DNA of 64,000 nucleotides from Candidatus Bathyarchaeota archaeon (GTDB lineage Archaea; Thermoproteota; Bathyarchaeia; Bathyarchaeales; Bathycorpusculaceae): NCBI GenBank assembly GCA_963811105.1, contig CAWEPZ010000002.1, positions 448,001 to 512,000 of the forward strand, read 5' to 3'. Shown piece by piece: positions 60,949 to 64,000 of this stretch (position 1 is its first letter; each line of letters starts with the position of its first letter). The notes under the pieces were generated by a model. It saw only the letters and a program-made list of their open reading frames with translations, ran no database searches and was not told where the DNA came from. The position numbers and the translations under genes were made by a program.

Positions 60949-61201
60949 TGGTTTTTTATAGGATATAAATTTATTTAGACGTACAAAGCAAAAATCATGA
61001 AATTTGGAGTTGAGCTTCCATTCTCCCCTGATTAAGGTAGAAATCAAAATGACCCCTCAACTTCTAGCGAAACAACACGCTTTTCCTTTTTTGTATAAAC
61101 CATTTGGAACTTGATTGAAAGTTAGGCTTACCAAGCTAATCGTTGCTAATGAACCAAACTTAATCCTCTTCGTGCGAAAATTAGCCTAAATGTATCGGTT
61201 G

Positions 61202-61384
61202 TTAAGGCTTTTCTTGTTTAGTTTCTTTGGCTACTAAAACAAGTTTACCACACTCGGTACATTCCCAACAAGTGAGTATCTTGTTTTTGTCATATACAGG
61301 ATTCATTTCTTCCTCGCACTCAGGGCATAATTTTTCCAATGGATTCTTTTTTGACATTTGAATTTCAGACGTTTCAATCGCCAT
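61202..61384 (-). CDS. Small Zn-ribbon protein
   Basis: CPEC..WECTECG. Confidence 0.6.
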   Translation of the reverse strand: MAIETSEIQMSKKNPLEKLCPECEEEMNPVYDKNKILTCWECTECGKLVLVAKETKQEKP

Positions 61385-61552
61385 TATGTAATATAAACTG
61401 ACTGGTGTTATTCAGAAAAGTAATGAATTTTCCCCATTGGGTGGATATTGTTAGAAAAGTTATAGCTTGAAGAAGATACTATAGATAAAGCGCGGCGGAA
61501 AAAGCTGTTTGAAAAGTAAGCTTATTAGTTGCCGATTTGCCTCTTGAAGATA

Positions 61553-62230
61553 ATGAACGAGTACTCCCTTCATTCAGAAATTAAAAGAATTTACTCACTC
61601 CCTGGAGACCGCTTTGAAGTAAAGTTAGACAACTATATAGTCGACATCTTAAGAGGAGAATTAGTAATTGAAGTTCAAACAAAAAATTTTTCATCCCTCA
61701 AAGAAAAACTCCAAACACTTACCAAGAAATACCAAGTGAGGGTAGTCTATCCTCTACCTGAAAAGAAATGGATAACCTACATTACAAAAGACAATACAGT
61801 TGTGAAGAAGCTCAAATCTCCAAAAAAAGGAAGATTAGCTGACTTGTTTCGAGAGTTGGTCATGATTCCACAGATGATCGGGGATGAGAACTTTTCTTTG
61901 GAAGTCTTGTTCATAGATGAAGAGGAGGTAAGGTGTGATGATGGAAAAGGAAGTTGGAGAAGAAAGGGCGTTAGCATCAAAGAAAGAAGACTGTTGCAGT
62001 TGAACAGTAGAATTCTCTTTCAAAACAAAACTGATTACCTTGAAATGTTGCCCGATGGTCTAAATCAGGTTTTTACCAACAGAGAATTATCCAAACTAGC
62101 CAAAATTTCAATATTGACCGCGAGACAAATGACCTACTGCCTAAGAAAAAGTAACATCATCACAATAACTGAAAAGAATGGAAGAGAACTCACATTCCAG
62201 AAAGTAGGAGAACAAATCAACTTAATTTGA
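61553..62230 (+). CDS. PD-(D/E)xK nuclease-like conserved protein with C-terminal HTH
   Basis: NEYSLHSEIKRIY..YIVDILRGELVIEVQT; GSWRRKG; FTNRELSKLAKIS..ARQMTYCLRK. Confidence 0.7.
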   Translation: MNEYSLHSEIKRIYSLPGDRFEVKLDNYIVDILRGELVIEVQTKNFSSLKEKLQTLTKKYQVRVVYPLPEKKWITYITKDNTVVKKLKSPKKGRLADLFRELVMIPQMIGDENFSLEVLFIDEEEVRCDDGKGSWRRKGVSIKERRLLQLNSRILFQNKTDYLEMLPDGLNQVFTNRELSKLAKISILTARQMTYCLRKSNIITITEKNGRELTFQKVGEQINLI

Positions 62231-62269
62231 GGAATATCTTAAGAACAGCAATCCAAGAATATTCCACAT

Positions 62270-62693
62270 AAGCCACAAACTGATCGGCATGCTACACCAA
62301 CTGCCAAGAAACCACGGAAAATATGTCTTTGCTAAACCTAAGATGCCGCTTGATAATTTCAGAGACAACTACGCCGACCAACGAGACCCCATAGCGGAAA
62401 AAGTCCAAAATCCACGCCTAAGCAAAATCATGTTCAAGACAATGCGAACCTGAAAAGGAACCATGGAATTCCATCGCACAAAAGACGTGCATCGCGTCAT
62501 TCAAGTGATAGGTCACAAAAACATCAAAAATACGCTAATTTACATTCAACTCGAAGAGGCACTATTCAACCACCAGTCATCTTTATTTTCAAAAGTAGCT
62601 AAGACGGAAGCCGAAGCCTGCGTACTAATTGATGCAGAATTTGTGTTTGTCTGCGATTTTGATGGTCATAAACTATTCAGGAAGAGAAAATAA
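62270..62693 (+). pseudogene. Tyrosine integrase C-terminal remnant
   Basis: IAEKVQNPRLSKIMFKTMRT*KGTMEFHRTKDVHRVIQVIGHKNIKNTLIY: degenerate HxxR box, GH and catalytic Tyr; internal stop, 5' part missing. Confidence 0.85.
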
Positions 62694-62757
62694 AATGAAA
62701 AGCTCGAATTTGACGTCAGACATCGCCGGGGCAAACCCCCGGTATTTTATTTATAAG

Positions 62758-62780
62758 TGGTGCCGGGGGTGGGACTTGAA
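62758..62780 (-). mobile_element. att site: 3' fragment of a tRNA (T-loop to CCA)
   Basis: Minus strand TTCAAGT-CCCAC-CCCCGGC-A-CCA with no 5' half adjacent; ~65 bp from the integrase stop. Confidence 0.8.
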
Positions 62781-62969
62781 TGTGGGGAAGGAGAACTTCC
62801 GGCACCACATGGATTTTCTTTCGTGAAAGAAACTCCAGGCAAAGAAAGCATATGACTTAGGTTTTTTTGATTTTCCATGTTTTGTTTCTCCGTATCAAAC
62901 GCTGATACACTGCTGTATTAGGCGACAGTTAAATATAAGCGTATCGTAATTTGATACACAGGTGAAAGA

Positions 62970-63170
62970 ATGCATACTGGAATATTAAGCGACAGAGAAC
63001 GTGCTGTGCTTAGGCAGTATTTACAAAAAGGGGAAAAAGGTGAAGGTTTCAGGGTCTTGAAAATGAGACTAAAGCGAAACTATTCGCGCATTGAAGAGGA
63101 TTTCCAGCTGATCAAGTTAGTGAAAGAAAAGCTACAGTCTTTGTCATTAGATGAACTAGGTAAAAAATAA
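62970..63170 (+). CDS. Small basic hypothetical protein (possible DNA-binding)
   Basis: TATA-like TTAAATATAA and AGGTGA RBS upstream; ILSDRERAVLRQYL. Confidence 0.7.
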   Translation: MHTGILSDRERAVLRQYLQKGEKGEGFRVLKMRLKRNYSRIEEDFQLIKLVKEKLQSLSLDELGKK

Positions 63171-63173
63171 AAG

Positions 63174-64000
63174 TTAGGAACTGCTGAAAAATCTCTCAAG
63201 TTTCATATTAGAGTCTTTCTTAGCTTTTTGTTTGCTCTTCGGATATTTCCTTTGTATCTCAGAAATTCCTTGACTGAATCCATCGAAGACATCCAAACAT
63301 TGCGATTCTCCCTTCACGAAGTCAATCATGCAGCTTGGGTTTTTCCCATGCCATTCCTTCTTCCAACAATCCCATACGTTGGTATAATCGCCTTCTTTTG
63401 TAACAAGAATTATGTCGTAAAAGTAGGTCTCATTTCCTAACCGAATATTTTCAACATAAGCTTTGATTGGGTAGAGAGAATTTTGGTTCTTTATGCGTTC
63501 ATAAGTTTTTTTCAAGTTATCCATGTAGATTTCTAGTGATTCTCTTCTAGAGAATTTAGCTAAACGCCAAGATTCATCTCCAAAAAACTCGGTTAGCTTT
63601 CCGTAAGACTTTTGATCTCTAGCTACTCTTTCGAACATAGAGGTTGGGTAGTTTATAATGATGTCAGCTTTTGCATTTAGTATAGTTTCTATACTTTTCC
63701 AATCTACATTAAATCCTTCATTGTCAATGAAAACTAAATTATGATGCGGATAGTTATCGAAAATTTGACCAACTACCTCATTGCTGTTTTCTTGTAATAC
63801 CTCACATTTATCTCCAAAAACTTTAGTTCTCTCTTTAAGAGAGTTGAATTTAGCTGTATCATGCTCAACCAAAACATAATTGTCAAAAGGAAATTTCTGA
63901 GCGAATGTCTCAACAACAAAGACTGAACCTTTTACTAATTTACCTCGAGCCTCTTCAATTTGGGTTATCCCTGCACCTGCTAGCAGGTCTACAAATCTGT
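63174..64000 (-). CDS. Three-Cys-motif partner protein TcmP-like (methyltransferase fold), 5' end beyond the window
   Basis: Frame open to the edge: RFVDLLAGAG..GS..FDNYVLVE..NSNE..LVFIDNEG..VDWKSI..DIIINYP..LTEFFGDESW. Confidence 0.8.
   Translation of the reverse strand, partial: RFVDLLAGAGITQIEEARGKLVKGSVFVVETFAQKFPFDNYVLVEHDTAKFNSLKERTKVFGDKCEVLQENSNEVVGQIFDNYPHHNLVFIDNEGFNVDWKSIETILNAKADIIINYPTSMFERVARDQKSYGKLTEFFGDESWRLAKFSRRESLEIYMDNLKKTYERIKNQNSLYPIKAYVENIRLGNETYFYDIILVTKEGDYTNVWDCWKKEWHGKNPSCMIDFVKGESQCLDVFDGFSQGISEIQRKYPKSKQKAKKDSNMKLERFFSSS

Noticed and set aside
62758-62810. Complete tRNA gene
   Set aside because: Only the T-loop to CCA is present; no D or anticodon arm

Overview
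AT-rich archaeal window, most consistent with Bathyarchaeia (inferred from an archaeal tRNA-Gln, deoxyhypusine synthase and the style of the integrase/HTH remnants; not verified by search). It has four parts. (1) 0.6-5.8 kb: a polyamine cluster (agmatine deiminase, N-carbamoylputrescine amidase, deoxyhypusine synthase) and tRNA-Gln(CTG). (2) 6.6-12.2 kb: a PKD-repeat membrane protein, a PRC-barrel protein and mobile-element debris. (3) 12.8-45.1 kb: an apparently complete extracellular contractile injection system (eCIS, Afp/PVC-like) with sheath, tube, chaperone, DUF4255 cap, AAA+ ATPase, tube initiator, LysM-like linker, split VgrG (gp27 + gp5), PAAR-like tip, gp25, two baseplate J proteins, a wedge protein and a DUF6519 fibre. 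Two DUF4157 cargo proteins share a conserved promoter and ~100-aa leader but have different C-termini (Zn-phospholipase C-like with LysM inserts; HExxH metallopeptidase-like). The locus is rearranged (inverted spike block, decayed ATPase duplicate, two dead IS elements) yet every structural ORF is intact. No capsid, terminase or T6SS membrane genes are visible. (4) 46.5-64 kb: ordinary or accessory genes ending in an integrase remnant, a tRNA 3'-end att site and the edge of another element with a TcmP-like gene. Several frameshifts outside the eCIS look like long-read consensus errors. All family assignments come from motif recognition, not database searches.
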